Assembly (NCBI GenBank): GCA_963664405.1
Contig: OY761158.1
Span: 544,001 to 608,000, forward strand
DNA from: Thermoanaerobaculia bacterium
GTDB lineage: Bacteria; Acidobacteriota; Thermoanaerobaculia; Multivoradales; Multivoraceae
Length of the DNA stretch: 64,000 nt
Direction of reading: 5' to 3'
Shown: one piece after another, positions 28,471-40,113 of the stretch
Position numbering within the stretch: the first letter of the stretch is position 1
Layout: each line of letters opens with the position of its first letter
Notes under the pieces: model-generated
What the model was told of the DNA's origin: nothing
What the model saw: the letters and a program-made list of their open reading frames with translations, nothing else
Databases searched by the model: none
Translations under genes and position numbers: made by a program

Positions 28471-29517
28471 TCAGAACGAAGAGGGCGCGATCGTCACCTT
28501 CGCCGGCGCTCCTACTTCTTCTCGCACCAAACGCGGTACTAGGTAACCCGGCAGCCGTCGGGCGAGCTCCCTGTGGAGCGCGACGGCCTCAACCTCGCCA
28601 ACGTGAAAGTGAGCGGCCCCTGCCACTCGATCCAGGAGATGAAGGTAATAAGGCGAAACGCCGGCACCAAACAAGACATCACTCAGCTCACAAAGAGTGT
28701 CGGCAGAGTCGTTGACCCCGCGCAGAAGAACGGATTGATTGAGCACCGGGATCCGGCAGTCCCCGATTGCCCGTAGAGCCCGCGTCACATCTTCGTCGAT
28801 CTCCCGAGGATGATTGCTGTGCACCACGACCACCGACTCCAAACGGGAGTCTTGCAGCAGTCGAAGAAGGCCGACTCCCACTCGTTCGGGAGCAACAACG
28901 GGCCAGCGCGTATGCAGCCGAAGTCGCTCGAGGTGAGGAATCGCAGCCAAGCGCGCCTCGAGCTCCCGCAGCGCCGCATCGGGCAGCGAAAGCGGATCTC
29001 CTCCGCTCAAGATCACTTCTCGAATGCTGCTGTCGCCCTCGATGTAGCTCAGTGCCCGGTCCAGCCGCTGCCCCTGAGCGCGCTGGTCTTCGTAGGGGAA
29101 GTGACGCCGGAAGCAATATCTGCAGTGCACCGGGCACGCTCCGGTAACCACCAGGAGAACGCGGCCGTGGTACTTGTGCAAGAGGCCAGGAACCGGTGAG
29201 CTCGCTTCCTCAGCGAGCGGGTCATCTACGTACCCCTCAATCTCATCGGTCTCCTCTGCAGCCGGGGCAACCTGCCGAAGTAGCGGATCCTCAGGATCCC
29301 CCGCCTTCATTCGCGCCGCGAACGCATGCGGCACTCGTACAGGGAACTGCTTTGCTGCCGCTCTTGCGCCGCCGGCCGTAAAACTCTCAGCCGCTTCCCC
29401 GAGATCGAGCAGCTCGACAAGCTCTTCGGCCGAGCGCACAGAAGCCGCGAAAGCGGTACGCCAATCCTCTTCGCCCCACGAGACCAAAGTCTGGGATGCG
29501 AGCTTCGATTCCACCAT
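28471..29517 (-). CDS. epmB: EF-P beta-lysylation lysine 2,3-aminomutase
   Basis: [44 protein letters not shown]; divergent from efp. Confidence 0.93.
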   Translation of the reverse strand: MVESKLASQTLVSWGEEDWRTAFAASVRSAEELVELLDLGEAAESFTAGGARAAAKQFPVRVPHAFAARMKAGDPEDPLLRQVAPAAEETDEIEGYVDDPLAEEASSPVPGLLHKYHGRVLLVVTGACPVHCRYCFRRHFPYEDQRAQGQRLDRALSYIEGDSSIREVILSGGDPLSLPDAALRELEARLAAIPHLERLRLHTRWPVVAPERVGVGLLRLLQDSRLESVVVVHSNHPREIDEDVTRALRAIGDCRIPVLNQSVLLRGVNDSADTLCELSDVLFGAGVSPYYLHLLDRVAGAAHFHVGEVEAVALHRELARRLPGYLVPRLVREEVGAPAKVTIAPSSF

Positions 29518-29628
29518 CAGGCTCCGATTCTACGCCTCTGTGCTCGGCCCGCGCTCTGCCTGAAGCCGCGCTGCTATCATGCAACGCCGCCAAAGCTGCA
29601 GTACGCCAGAGCCGATCCTGGAGCCAGC

Positions 29629-30198
29629 ATGCCAACCTACAGCACCAACCAGTTCAAAAACGGTCTCAAGATCCTCATCGGCGGCGACCCTTGCTCGATC
29701 GTCGAAACCGAGTTCGTCAAGCCGGGCAAGGGGCAAGCCTTCACCCGCATCAAGTACAAGAATATGAAGAGTGGCCGGGTGGTCGAGCGCACCTTCAAAT
29801 CGGCGGAGACGATCGAAGGCGCCGACGTTGTCGAGACCGACATGCAGTTCCTCTATCGCGACGGCGAGGGCTGGAACTTCATGGATCCGGAGAGCTACGA
29901 GCAGGTCAGCGCGAGCGAGACCGCGGTCGGTGAGACCGCCAATTGGATCAAGGAGGAAGACGTCTGCACGGTAACCCTCTGGAACGGCGCGCCGATGATA
30001 GTCGCGGCGCCAAACTTCGTTTCCCTCGAGATCACCGAAACCGACCCTGGGCTCAAGGGCGACACCTCGAGCGGCGGCCAGAAGCCGGCTACGATGGAGA
30101 CCGGGGCGGTCGTTCGTGTGCCTCTCTTCCTCCAGATCGGCGACCTCATCAAGATCGATACCCGCACCGGTGACTACGTCTCACGGGCCAAAGAGTGA
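29629..30198 (+). CDS. efp: elongation factor P
   Basis: [32 protein letters not shown]. Confidence 0.98.
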   Translation: MPTYSTNQFKNGLKILIGGDPCSIVETEFVKPGKGQAFTRIKYKNMKSGRVVERTFKSAETIEGADVVETDMQFLYRDGEGWNFMDPESYEQVSASETAVGETANWIKEEDVCTVTLWNGAPMIVAAPNFVSLEITETDPGLKGDTSSGGQKPATMETGAVVRVPLFLQIGDLIKIDTRTGDYVSRAKE

Positions 30199-31153
30199 CT
30201 GGCGTCCGCTTGCGGACACCCAGACTCTGAGGGCGAGAGCGGAGCTCCTCCGCGAGCTGCGAGCCTTTTTTTCCGCACGCGGGGTCCTCGAGGTCGAGAC
30301 CCCCCAGCTGGTGAGTCACGCGACCACCGACACTCATCTCGCCTCCTTCGCCACCCGATTCAGCGGCCCGGGCGCCCACGATGGGCAGGAGCTGTATCTC
30401 AGTACCTCGCCCGAGCTCGCCATGAAGCGGCTTCTGGCGGCAGGAAGCGGTCCCATCTTTCAGATTTGCCGGGCCTTCCGTAACGGCGAGAAAGGCCGCC
30501 GTCACAACCCCGAGTTCACCATTCTCGAGTGGTACCGCCCCGGCCTCGATCACATCGCCCTGATGGCGGAGATAGAAGAGCTACTCGCCGTCGCTCTGGG
30601 CGTCGACCGCTGCGATCGCATCACCTACCAAGCAGTCTTCGAGGAGGAGCTCGGTGTGTCACCACACCAAACCAGCGTGGCATTGCTTGAAGAAGTAGCC
30701 GCCGATCGCGACCTATCGCTCTCATCGTTCGCCGACGTTGACGAAGGCCTCCAGTTCCTCCTCGCGGAGGTGATTGAGCCGAGCCTCGGAATCGATCGGC
30801 CGATCTTTGTGTACGACTATCCGGTGAGCCAGGCGGCGTTGGCCCGCATCCGCTCCGACACGCCTCCGGTGGCCGAGAGGTTCGAGGTCTACTTCAAGGG
30901 TGTCGAGCTAGCCAACGGCTTTCACGAGCTCGCCGACGCCGAAGAGCAGCGCCGGCGATTCGAAGACGACCGGGCGAGCCGAGAGCGCAGGGGGCTTCCG
31001 ATTCCACAGCTCGACGAAGCCTTCCTCGACGCTCTCGACTTCGGGCTGCCGCAGTGCGCCGGCGTAGCGCTCGGCCTCGATCGTCTCCTCATGCTCCAAA
31101 TCGGCGCAGACACTATTGAAGAAGTCCTAGCCTTTCCCCTCTGCAGGGCCTGA
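30170..31153 (+). CDS. epmA: EF-P lysine aminoacylase
   Basis: [51 protein letters not shown]; start uncertain (GTG 30170). Confidence 0.95.
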   Translation: MTTSHGPKSDWRPLADTQTLRARAELLRELRAFFSARGVLEVETPQLVSHATTDTHLASFATRFSGPGAHDGQELYLSTSPELAMKRLLAAGSGPIFQICRAFRNGEKGRRHNPEFTILEWYRPGLDHIALMAEIEELLAVALGVDRCDRITYQAVFEEELGVSPHQTSVALLEEVAADRDLSLSSFADVDEGLQFLLAEVIEPSLGIDRPIFVYDYPVSQAALARIRSDTPPVAERFEVYFKGVELANGFHELADAEEQRRRFEDDRASRERRGLPIPQLDEAFLDALDFGLPQCAGVALGLDRLLMLQIGADTIEEVLAFPLCRA

Positions 31154-31258
31154 GCCGGGCTTTCCGCTCGGCCGCTTCGGCCCCCTAAACCACTCGCACC
31201 ACGAAGTGATTCCCGAGAACCCCTGGGGCGAACGCGAAGCTCGGCTAAACTCGGCGAC

Positions 31259-32503
31259 GTGACGAAGGCCTCAATCGAGCTCAAGGTCATCAACGAGCTG
31301 TCGGCGATCCCGCAGAAATCATGGGATCGCCTCCGGCCGCCCGATGGCAACCCTTTCCTTTCCTGGAGCTTTCTCGAAGCGCTGGAGCGCTGCGGTTGCG
31401 CCTCCGCGAGCCGGGGCTGGTGGCCTTGCCACCTCACGGCGTGGCAAGAGGGCGAGCTCATCGCCGCCGCTCCCGCTTATGTCAAGGGAGACAGCTCGGG
31501 TGACTTCTCGCGCGATTGGGGGCTGCCCGACTCAGCCGCGAGAGAAGGCGTCTCCTACTATCCGAAACTCGTGATCGGCGTTCCCTTCAGCCCGGTCACC
31601 GGCAGGCGGGTCTTGCTCCGCGAAGGCTACGACCGGCCGGAGGTCACTCGCTGGCTCCTGGCCCTGGCTCGTGAGCTCTGCCAACACTCCAAGCTCTCTA
31701 CGATTCAGGTGCTCTACCATCATCCAGATGAGGTTGACGCCTTTGCCAGCGCCGGCCTCAGTTGTCGTGTCCTGGTGCAGTATCACTGGCGCAACCGTGG
31801 TTACTCGGACTTCGCGGAGTGGCTGACGGCACTACCGGCAAAGAAGCGTACCCAGATACGACGCGAGAGCAAGGAGCCCGGTCGACAGGGAATCTCGATT
31901 CGTACTATCCGCGATGACGAGATGAGCGCCGAATCCGAAAACTGGGCCGACATCGCCTGGAGCCTCTACCAAGCGAACTCCCGCAAGCACTACTGGGGAG
32001 GCACCTACCTCAACCACGAGTTCTTCTCACATCTCTTCCGCACGATGCCAGACCAGGCGGAGTTGGTCATTGCCGAAAGGGAAGGTCGCACGATCGCCGG
32101 CGCAATCAACCTCGCCTCCCAGACTCACCTCTTCGGACGTTACTGGGGATGCCTCGAAGAGCACCGATTCCTCCATTTCAACGTGGGTCTCTACCATTCC
32201 ATCGCCGAATGCATCGCGCACTCGAGGCAGGTCTTCGAAGGAGGAGCTGGGGGCGAGCACAAATTGGCTCGCGGCTTCGACCCCACCCTCGTCTACACCG
32301 GCTATCTCTTCCTCGACGAGGCCTTCCACGACGCAGTGAGCCGTTACTTCAGCGCAGAAACTGCGTCGCGAGAACAAGAACTGGGCCGTTGGCACGCTCA
32401 GAAGAAAGCACGAGCAGCTTCGCCTACCGCCGAAGCCCAAGGCATGCGAAAACAGTCACGCGGGATCTGGTTTCCCACCGGCTTTGCGATCGTGAAAAAA
32501 TGA
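31259..32503 (+). CDS. FemAB-like GNAT family protein (DUF482 type)
   Basis: NPFLSWSFLEALE, YYPKL...PFSPVTG, LFGRYWG, FEGGAGGEHKLARGF. Confidence 0.88.
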   Translation: MTKASIELKVINELSAIPQKSWDRLRPPDGNPFLSWSFLEALERCGCASASRGWWPCHLTAWQEGELIAAAPAYVKGDSSGDFSRDWGLPDSAAREGVSYYPKLVIGVPFSPVTGRRVLLREGYDRPEVTRWLLALARELCQHSKLSTIQVLYHHPDEVDAFASAGLSCRVLVQYHWRNRGYSDFAEWLTALPAKKRTQIRRESKEPGRQGISIRTIRDDEMSAESENWADIAWSLYQANSRKHYWGGTYLNHEFFSHLFRTMPDQAELVIAEREGRTIAGAINLASQTHLFGRYWGCLEEHRFLHFNVGLYHSIAECIAHSRQVFEGGAGGEHKLARGFDPTLVYTGYLFLDEAFHDAVSRYFSAETASREQELGRWHAQKKARAASPTAEAQGMRKQSRGIWFPTGFAIVKK

Positions 32504-32859
32504 GCCTGAAGCGCAAGGGAGATGCGGAGAGCCAAGTTCTTCCGCGAACTCGCACCAAAAAGAAGCTCAAGAGGCCACCACTCTACAAAGTCCTCTTCCA
32601 CAATGACGATTACACACCGATGGAGTTCGTCGTATTGCTGCTGACCTCTATCTTCGGCCGCTCGGAGGTCGAGGCGACAGAAATCATGCTTCACGTCCAC
32701 AACAATGGCCTGGGAGTCGCGGGCATCTACCCCTTCGCCATCGCCGAGACCAAGGTCACTGAGGCCTCGGCGGCGGCGGAAAAATCGCAGTACCCCCTGT
32801 TGGTGACGATGGAGCCGGCTGACGACGGCGAGGACGCGGAGGGCCCTTCTTCTTCATGA
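32500..32859 (+). CDS. clpS: ATP-dependent Clp protease adaptor
   Basis: PPLYKVLFHNDDYTPMEFV, IMLHVH, IAETKV. Confidence 0.96.
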   Translation: MSLKRKGDAESQVLPRTRTKKKLKRPPLYKVLFHNDDYTPMEFVVLLLTSIFGRSEVEATEIMLHVHNNGLGVAGIYPFAIAETKVTEASAAAEKSQYPLLVTMEPADDGEDAEGPSSS

Positions 32860-35144
32860 ACATCACCGACGAGCTACGCGCGACTCTCGAGTCCGCATTC
32901 GACGAGGCAAGGGCCCGGCGCCATGAGTACGTGACCCTCGAGCATCTCCTCCTCGCGCTGTGCGGGAGCTTAGAAGGCCTCACCATTTTCAAGGCCACCG
33001 GCGTCAGCGTTGATGATCTGCTGGAAGACATCGAAGGCTACCTCCAAGAGAACTTCGCCGCCGTCCCCAACGAAGACGAGCTCGAGCCTCGCCAAACGGT
33101 TGCCTTCTGGCGGGTTCTGCAGCGGGCGGCGATGCACGTTCAAAGCTCTGGGAAGGGTGAGATCGGCGCCGGCAATGTGCTCGCGTCGATTTTCCGCGAG
33201 GAAGAATCCCACGCCGTCTATCTGCTCAAGAAGTACGGGCTGACCCGGCTCGACATCACCCGCTATCTGTCGCACGGCGTGGCCAAGCCACAGGCCCTCG
33301 AGTCTCGGTCATCAAGCGATCCGGACAGCGAAAGCGACGGCGAAGAAGTGTTCGAGGACGAAGTCGCTGAAGACCCGCTCGAGGCCTTCACCACCGACTT
33401 GGTGGAGCGCGCATCACGAGGCGGAATCGACCCCCTCGTGGGCAGGAAGAACGAGCTCCTGCTGGTCAGCCAAACCCTCGCGAGGCGGCGCAAGAACAAT
33501 CCTGTCCTGGTCGGTGACCCGGGCGTTGGCAAGACAGCGATTATCGAGGGACTGGCTCTTGCCATCCTCGAGGGCAACGTGCCCGACTTTCTCAGTGACG
33601 CTCGAATCTACTCTCTCGATATGGGCGCGGTGCTGGCAGGAACTCGCTATCGGGGCGACTTCGAAGAGCGCCTCAAAGCCGTCATCCAGGCGATCGTGGA
33701 GCAACCGAAGTCGATCCTCTTCATCGACGAGATCCACACCATTGTCGGCGCCGGAGCGACCAGTGGCGGAACTCTCGATGCTTCTAACCTGCTCAAGCCC
33801 GCCTTGGCGTCGGGCGAGCTACGGTGTATCGGCTCGACCACCTATTCCGAGTTCAAAGCTTCCTTCCAAAGGGATCGTGCCCTGGCGCGGCGCTTCGAGA
33901 GAATCGACATCGACGAGGCTTCGGTCGACGACTCGATCAAAGTCCTCAAGGGCCTACGTGATCGCTACGAGGATCACCACGAAGTCCGCTACGAGAACGC
34001 GGCACTGACCACTGCGGCGGAGCTCGCGGCCAAGTACATCAACGAGCGGCGCCTGCCCGACAAGGCGATCGACGTCATCGACCAGGCAGGAGCCGCCAAT
34101 CGTCTCCTACCCAAGAGCCGCCGCAAGAAGAGACTCAACTCCTCGGACATCGAGGCCATCGTCGCCAAGCTCGCACAGATCCCGGAAAAGAACATTTCGC
34201 GCTCCGACAAGGAGGCGCTCGGCGAGCTCGAGAAGGAGCTCAAGAAGGTCATCTTTGGACAAGACAAGGCGATCGACACCCTTGCCGGCGCGATCAAGCT
34301 CTCCCGGGCCGGTCTAGGGCCAGAGGAGCGACCGATCGGCTCCTTCTTGTTCTCAGGCCCTACTGGAGTCGGGAAGACCGAATTGGCCAAGCAGCTCGCC
34401 GAGGCGATGGGCATCCGCTTCATTCGCTTCGACATGTCGGAGTACATGGAGAGGCACACCGTCTCGAGGCTCATCGGCGCGCCTCCCGGCTATGTGGGTT
34501 TCGACCAGGGCGGGCTTCTGACCGATGCCGTCCGTCGCACTCCACACGCCGTGCTCTTGCTTGACGAGATCGAGAAGGCGCACCCGGACGTCTTCAACAT
34601 TCTGTTGCAGGTAATGGACCACGCAACCCTCACCGACAACAACGGCAACAAGGCGGACTTCCGCCACGTCATTCTGTTGATGACCACCAATGCCGGAGGG
34701 CGCGAGCTCACCTCCGGCGGCCTCGGCTTCGCCGGCTCCACCACTTCCACAAGAGTGAAGTCCCAGGAATCTATCGAGCGATTCTTCAGTCCGGAATTTC
34801 GCAACCGGCTCGACGCATGGGTCGTCTTCGAGCCACTCGAAGGCGATTCGGTGACTCTCATCGTCGACAAACTGATCGCGGAGCTCAAGCAGCAGTTGGT
34901 CGCAAAGAAAGTAGAGATCGAGCTCAGCGAAGCGGCCAGGCGTTGGCTCGCAGAAAAGGGCTACGACGCCAGCTTCGGTGCTCGACCCATGAGTCGGCTG
35001 ATCGAGCGCGAGATCAGGCGCCCCCTGGTCGATAAGATCCTGTTCGGAGAGCTGGAGAACGGGGGAACTCTGCGCATCGAGGCGCCGGCCGAAGAGGGAG
35101 AAGAAGAGCATCTAGTTCTGGTAGCGGAGCCGGTAGCGAGTTGA
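32856..35144 (+). CDS. clpA: ATP-dependent Clp protease ATP-binding subunit
   Basis: Two AAA+ modules (GDPGVGKT; GPTGVGKT), RRRKNNP, DMSEYME; follows clpS. Confidence 0.96.
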   Translation: MNITDELRATLESAFDEARARRHEYVTLEHLLLALCGSLEGLTIFKATGVSVDDLLEDIEGYLQENFAAVPNEDELEPRQTVAFWRVLQRAAMHVQSSGKGEIGAGNVLASIFREEESHAVYLLKKYGLTRLDITRYLSHGVAKPQALESRSSSDPDSESDGEEVFEDEVAEDPLEAFTTDLVERASRGGIDPLVGRKNELLLVSQTLARRRKNNPVLVGDPGVGKTAIIEGLALAILEGNVPDFLSDARIYSLDMGAVLAGTRYRGDFEERLKAVIQAIVEQPKSILFIDEIHTIVGAGATSGGTLDASNLLKPALASGELRCIGSTTYSEFKASFQRDRALARRFERIDIDEASVDDSIKVLKGLRDRYEDHHEVRYENAALTTAAELAAKYINERRLPDKAIDVIDQAGAANRLLPKSRRKKRLNSSDIEAIVAKLAQIPEKNISRSDKEALGELEKELKKVIFGQDKAIDTLAGAIKLSRAGLGPEERPIGSFLFSGPTGVGKTELAKQLAEAMGIRFIRFDMSEYMERHTVSRLIGAPPGYVGFDQGGLLTDAVRRTPHAVLLLDEIEKAHPDVFNILLQVMDHATLTDNNGNKADFRHVILLMTTNAGGRELTSGGLGFAGSTTSTRVKSQESIERFFSPEFRNRLDAWVVFEPLEGDSVTLIVDKLIAELKQQLVAKKVEIELSEAARRWLAEKGYDASFGARPMSRLIEREIRRPLVDKILFGELENGGTLRIEAPAEEGEEEHLVLVAEPVAS

Positions 35145-35371
35145 AACGGGCCTGGGCGTTAAAGAGCCTGGACCTGTCGAGCACAATGTGGCAAAATCGC
35201 CCGCCTGGGAACGTCCACGTGCCCAGGTAGATAGCAACTGAGGATTGAACTCATCGCAACGATCTCCGGCCTCCGCTCCTCATCTCACTTCCACTAAGGT
35301 AGGGCCTCCTTTCGAGCGGGTCGTGGTACGCGAGCAGAAGCCGGCAAGACGTAAGCGAACGGAGGAGTCAG

Positions 35372-35971
35372 TTGAACTACACCGGACCCAAAATCAGGCT
35401 TTCGCGCAAGCTCGGCATCTCCCTGACGCCGAAGGCCGATAAGTATCTAGAGAAGAAGCCGTACCCGCCCGGCGCCCATGGTTTTCGCCGGCGTCGGCGC
35501 TTGAGCCCTTATGGGACCCAGCTGATCGAAAAGCAGCGGCTTCGCTTTCAGTACAACGTGACTGAGCGCCAGATGCGCAACTACTTCGCCCGAGCCGCTC
35601 GGCGCAAGGGAACAACCGGTGACACCTTGGTACAGATGCTCGAAAGCCGCCTCGACGCTCTCGTGCTTCGCGCTCGCCTCGCTCGCACGATCTATCAGGC
35701 GCGTCAGGTAGTGACCCATCGGCACATCCTGGTCAACGGCAAGATTGCCAAGAGCCCTGCCTACCAATTGCGCCCCGGTGACACCGTCTCGGTGAAGGAG
35801 TCGAGCCGCAAGCTTCGCTGCTTCAACGAAGGGGTGATGACTACTGCGCTGCCGCCCTATTTGAGTGTCGACGACACCGGCTACACCGCAGAGCTCTCCT
35901 ATGCGCCTCCGCGCAACGAAGTGCCGGTCGTCTGCGACGTGCAGCTCGTCGTAGAGTTCTACAGCCGTTAG
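35372..35971 (+). CDS. rpsD: 30S ribosomal protein S4 (stand-alone, TTG start)
   Basis: YTGPKIRLSR, EKQRLRFQY, LESRLD, QARQVVTHRHI, VVEFYSR; RBS GGAGG. Confidence 0.96.
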   Translation: MNYTGPKIRLSRKLGISLTPKADKYLEKKPYPPGAHGFRRRRRLSPYGTQLIEKQRLRFQYNVTERQMRNYFARAARRKGTTGDTLVQMLESRLDALVLRARLARTIYQARQVVTHRHILVNGKIAKSPAYQLRPGDTVSVKESSRKLRCFNEGVMTTALPPYLSVDDTGYTAELSYAPPRNEVPVVCDVQLVVEFYSR

Positions 35972-35981
35972 GCCGCGCTCG

Positions 35982-36740
35982 CTACGGTTTCACTAGGCGA
36001 CGGGCTGCGATGACAGCCTTCATCGCCAGCTGTGTATCTGTGCCTACGGGCAAGAATCGCCAGCCCTCGGCGGCGCGGCGCGCAGCTTCCTCGGGGCCGG
36101 CGGTGAAGATCCCCGGCGCCACGCCGTGCCTCTGACAACCCTCGAGTACCTGGGTGCAGAGCGCTTGATGGCCTGGGTCGGGATGATCCGCCCGCGGCGG
36201 CAAGCCCATGTCCAAAGCCAGGTCCGTAGGACCGATCATCACTCCGTCAATCCCCTCTACCGAGAGAATTTCATCGATCCTTTCGACTGCGGCTACCGTC
36301 TCGATCTGGATGATGCAAGCGATCTCGTCGTTGGCGTGGGCCGCATAGTCGCGCCCGCCGTAGAGCGCACCGCGCCAAGGGCCAAAGCCTCTCTGCCCGA
36401 CCGGCGGGTATCGGCAGGCGGCCACCGCCTGCTGTGCTTCTTCCCGGGTGTTCACCCAAGGAATGACCACACCGTAGGCACCGGCATCGAGGACGCGCTT
36501 GATCTCGACCGCATCGTTCCACTGCACGCGAGCCAGGGGGATCACGTCTGTGGTCGAGATCGCTTGAAACATCTGCACCATGGTCGGAAGGTCCACAGGA
36601 CTGTGCTCGCCATCCACCAATAGCCAGTCGAATCCGACCGACGCGATCTGCTCGGTGAGAAGGGGGCTACAGGAGCCCAGCCATACGCCGAAGGCCGGCT
36701 TGCCCTCTTTCCACAGTTGCTTCACTACGTTGGGGCGCAT
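35982..36740 (-). CDS. HpcH/HpaI aldolase family protein
   Basis: GFDWLLVDGEHS, LDAGA, RYPPVGQRG, QIET, IGPTDL. Confidence 0.92.
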   Translation of the reverse strand: MRPNVVKQLWKEGKPAFGVWLGSCSPLLTEQIASVGFDWLLVDGEHSPVDLPTMVQMFQAISTTDVIPLARVQWNDAVEIKRVLDAGAYGVVIPWVNTREEAQQAVAACRYPPVGQRGFGPWRGALYGGRDYAAHANDEIACIIQIETVAAVERIDEILSVEGIDGVMIGPTDLALDMGLPPRADHPDPGHQALCTQVLEGCQRHGVAPGIFTAGPEEAARRAAEGWRFLPVGTDTQLAMKAVIAARRLVKP

Positions 36741-36991
36741 ACCAGCATTCTCCTTCTTGTCTCTATGGGTGGGGGCGAATCATAGAATACTCTGCCTAGT
36801 GTCCCGTGCGGGAAGTTCGTTGCCATTCGAGCGCCGATGCATCCCGCTGGGCGGCGTTGCTCCTCGTCGACAGAGTCCCAGCTATGCCTGCCTCGGAGCG
36901 CCTTGCCCAGCGGGCGCCTCGACGCTCTCGGTGGTCAACGAACTTCCCACACGGGACACTAGCGACAAAGGAGACACGCAGGATCCGGCGA

Positions 36992-37294
36992 GTGGTCGCA
37001 GTCAAGCTCAAAGAGGCCTACTCCAACCCTGATGATCGCGCCGTGGCGGCGGGTCACACGCGAGAGGTCCTGGCAGCGGCGCCCGGAGTTCGCGAAATCG
37101 AGGTCGACACTCCAGCCGACGCCACCACGGAGCGGTCTTGGGACTTGCTGATCCTGCTCAGCTTCGACAGCATGACTGCTGTCGAAGAGTACCGAGCTCA
37201 TCCGCTGCATCGCCAATACCTGGATGTCTTCCTGAGACCCATGCTCGAAGTGATCAAAGTCTGGAACTTCGAGCAGCTCGAGACCCCGTACTAG
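36992..37294 (+). CDS. Dabb (stress-responsive A/B barrel) family protein
   Basis: WDLLILLSFDS...YRAHPLH; start uncertain. Confidence 0.65.
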   Translation: MVAVKLKEAYSNPDDRAVAAGHTREVLAAAPGVREIEVDTPADATTERSWDLLILLSFDSMTAVEEYRAHPLHRQYLDVFLRPMLEVIKVWNFEQLETPY

Positions 37295-37301
37295 GCGCTC
37301 C

Positions 37302-37706
37302 TTACTTCAAAGGCCTCCCACGCTGCACGAACTGAAGCGGCGCACCTTCGGGATCGCGGAAGAACAACAACTTGTTCTCACCCATCGTCGCCGGCTCTCC
37401 CTCCATCTCGACCCCTGCGGCTGCCAGCCCGGCTACGGCTTCATCCATGTCTTCCACATCGAACGCCAAATGGACGTGAGCGGTACTGATGTCGCCCAGC
37501 TGCGCTGTGTCACCCGCGGGCATGGGAATGATCTCGATAAAACCGGTCCCGGCTGGGTCCTTGAGAAAAAAGATATGCGCTCCGATCGTCGGATGCACAA
37601 ATTTCACAGCGACTTCAAACCCCAGTACGTCGCAGTACCACTGCGCTGCCGCATCCGTGTCTCGATAAGCCACAGCAACGTGCTCCAGCGAGCCGATCTT
37701 GATCAT
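37302..37706 (-). CDS. VOC/glyoxalase family protein
   Basis: LEHVAV, WYCDVLGF, HLAFDVEDMD, FFRDPEG; RBS AAGGAG. Confidence 0.9.
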   Translation of the reverse strand: MIKIGSLEHVAVAYRDTDAAAQWYCDVLGFEVAVKFVHPTIGAHIFFLKDPAGTGFIEIIPMPAGDTAQLGDISTAHVHLAFDVEDMDEAVAGLAAAGVEMEGEPATMGENKLLFFRDPEGAPLQFVQRGRPLK

Positions 37707-37901
37707 CAGGGACTCCTTTTCAAAGTGCTCTTCGGAGCCCGAGAGACTAGCACGCCAAGACTGCGACAAGCTGAGCTCCAGTCGCTTCAAATTCAGATAG
37801 CGCCATCCCCTCGCAAAACCCATCAAAGAGCGCTGAAAGTGTTTTCAGCGAGGGTTCTGCCCCCCGAGCGCGTCTAAGGGGGTAGGAAGGGAGAATGATC
37901 G

Positions 37902-38498
37902 ATGAACATGTTGAATCCCTCGAGTACGTTGGTTTCGCGAAGTCAGACGAGGCCGGCCGAGAGGCGCAAGCTCTGGCGCAAGCGGGGTAGAAATATCCGT
38001 GGGCTCGCCTTCGACTCCTCAGGAGGTCGTCTGTGTATCGGTTTCCGTACTCCCCTGTTCGACGACAAAGCTCTGTTGGTCGCACTCGAACGTCGCCGGC
38101 GAGCCTTCATGGGCATGAAGGAGCGCGACCCCCAAAACGAGCTGGTGCTTCTCGATCTCGACGGTGACGGCATCCGTGACCTAGCTCACTGCTCTAGTCT
38201 CGGAGGCTGGCTCATACTCAGCCAACGCGAGGCCCAGAAGCGCCGGCGCTGCAAGCTATGGCTGTGGAGCGGCGATCCGTCCGCCAGACCCAAGAGAGTG
38301 CGGGTTAGCGGCAGCGACCATCTCGACCGGGCCGAGGGGATTACACCCTTGACGCTCGCCGGCAAGCAGAAGCTCCTGCTCGGAAGAGGCGATGCTGACT
38401 TGGTTCACCAACCCGGAGCAAAGGGTCGCATTATAGACTTCAGCGAGCTACGAGTCGAAAGCGAGGAGTCGGCTCAGAGACAAGCCGCCGGTCTATGA
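37902..38498 (+). pseudogene. DUF3616-like beta-propeller fragment, probably 5'-truncated
   Basis: NIRGLA, IGFRTP, LDLDGDGIRDL, LWLWSG, AEGIT; N-terminus looks non-homologous. Confidence 0.45.
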
Positions 38499-38510
38499 GA
38501 GTCAGCGGCC

Positions 38511-39233
38511 TCAGCCAAGGTGGCGGCGTAGGAGAGCATGCACTCGCTCCCAGTGCAGTTCGGAGGCCGCCCGGTTGTAGCGCTCACCCCCCGGCGCGTA
38601 CCCGTGAAGAGCCTCCTCCAACCAATCGAGAGTGTAGGTGATGCCGGCCGCATCGAGGGCCTCGCGCATCACCGGCACGTGCTCGGCGGGCGCGGTCGGA
38701 TCGTTGTCACACCAACCGAAGTAAACCTCGGCCTTGACCGAGTCCAGGCCCAGATGCGGCGAGTCGGGCGTGTCCCTAACCAGCCAAGCGCCGTGAATCG
38801 AAGCCACGGCCGCGACTCGTTCGGGCATAGCTCTGGCCAGGGAGATCACTAGGCCGCCGCTCATACAGAAACCGACGGCCCCAATCTTCCCGCCCGCAGC
38901 CGCCGGGTCATCGCCCGCCACTGCCAAGAGCGCTTCGGCGTCGCTGATGATGTTGGTGGGTGTCACCGTCCCCATCAGATCTCTTCTAACGTGCATATCC
39001 TCGTCACTTTGACCGAACTCTCGGAACGGCCCGCCGCGGTAAAACAGGTACGGCATCATCACGTAGTACCCGGCGCTAGCGAGTCGCGAGGCCATCTCCT
39101 TGAGGGCGGGTCGGATGCTGGGGGCGTCCATCAAGTAGAGCACGACCGGGTGCGGCCCTCCGTGCTCGGGGTGGTAGATGAAGGTCTTCATATCGCCTTC
39201 GGTTGTCGTGATATCCAGCTCGCGGTCAATCAT
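38511..39233 (-). CDS. dienelactone hydrolase family protein
   Basis: GFCMSG nucleophile motif, HGY. Confidence 0.92.
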   Translation of the reverse strand: MIDRELDITTTEGDMKTFIYHPEHGGPHPVVLYLMDAPSIRPALKEMASRLASAGYYVMMPYLFYRGGPFREFGQSDEDMHVRRDLMGTVTPTNIISDAEALLAVAGDDPAAAGGKIGAVGFCMSGGLVISLARAMPERVAAVASIHGAWLVRDTPDSPHLGLDSVKAEVYFGWCDNDPTAPAEHVPVMREALDAAGITYTLDWLEEALHGYAPGGERYNRAASELHWERVHALLRRHLG

Positions 39234-39313
39234 GCCGTCATCATCTCATGTGCAGATCGTAAAGACAGGCCGCTGCCAATCAAGAGAAACGTCGATGTTA
39301 GTGTTCGCCGAAT

Positions 39314-40102
39314 ATGACGAACCTAAAGGGAAAAACTGCACTCGTCACTGGAGCAAGCCGAGGCATTGGCGAAGCGAGCGCCAGGGCCCTCGACGCCGCC
39401 GGGGCGCGCGTACTACTCTCCGGCCGCACTGTCTCCGATCTCGAGCGAGTCGCCTCAGACCTAGACAACGAACCGGCCGTTTTCGAATCCGATCTCGCCC
39501 CGCCACGGGCAGGGACCGAGCTTGCAGAGCGAGTCCTCGCCGAGACGGGCGGCGTCGACATCCTGGTCAACAACGCCGGGATCGCGATGCGCCGTACACC
39601 GGACAAGTTGAGCGAAGAAGACTTCGACCTCGTCTTCTCGATCAACGTTCGGTCTCTTCTGATGCTGACTCTCGGCCTCGGCCCGGCGATGATCGAGCGC
39701 GGCGGGGGCTCGGTGATCAATATTTCGTCGATCGCGAGTCTGCGAGGGCCGATGGGAAGGGTGGCCTATGCCGGAACCAAAGGTGCCGTTGACGCGATGA
39801 CACGCGCACTGGCCGCCGATTGGGGACCCGATGGCATTCGTGTCAACGCGATCTGCCCTGGGCTCATCTCCACAGCAATCTGGGAAGAGAGTCGCAACAC
39901 GGTCCCCGGCCTCATAGAAGAGCTCGAAGAGCGCATCGCACTCAAACGTTGGGGCGACGGGAGTGACATCGCCGACGTGGTCGTCTTCTTCGCCTCCGAC
40001 GCCTCCCGCTACGTCACCGGCGAGGTGATGGCGGTCGACGGCGGCATGGCGCGAGTGGGCTCGGCACCGCGCAAAGGCGTCAAAGTCCCCGGGACGAGTT
40101 AG
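39314..40102 (+). CDS. SDR family oxidoreductase
   Basis: TGASRGIG, NNAG, YAGTK, RVNAICPG. Confidence 0.95.
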   Translation: MTNLKGKTALVTGASRGIGEASARALDAAGARVLLSGRTVSDLERVASDLDNEPAVFESDLAPPRAGTELAERVLAETGGVDILVNNAGIAMRRTPDKLSEEDFDLVFSINVRSLLMLTLGLGPAMIERGGGSVINISSIASLRGPMGRVAYAGTKGAVDAMTRALAADWGPDGIRVNAICPGLISTAIWEESRNTVPGLIEELEERIALKRWGDGSDIADVVVFFASDASRYVTGEVMAVDGGMARVGSAPRKGVKVPGTS

Positions 40103-40113
40103 ACCGGGACGGC

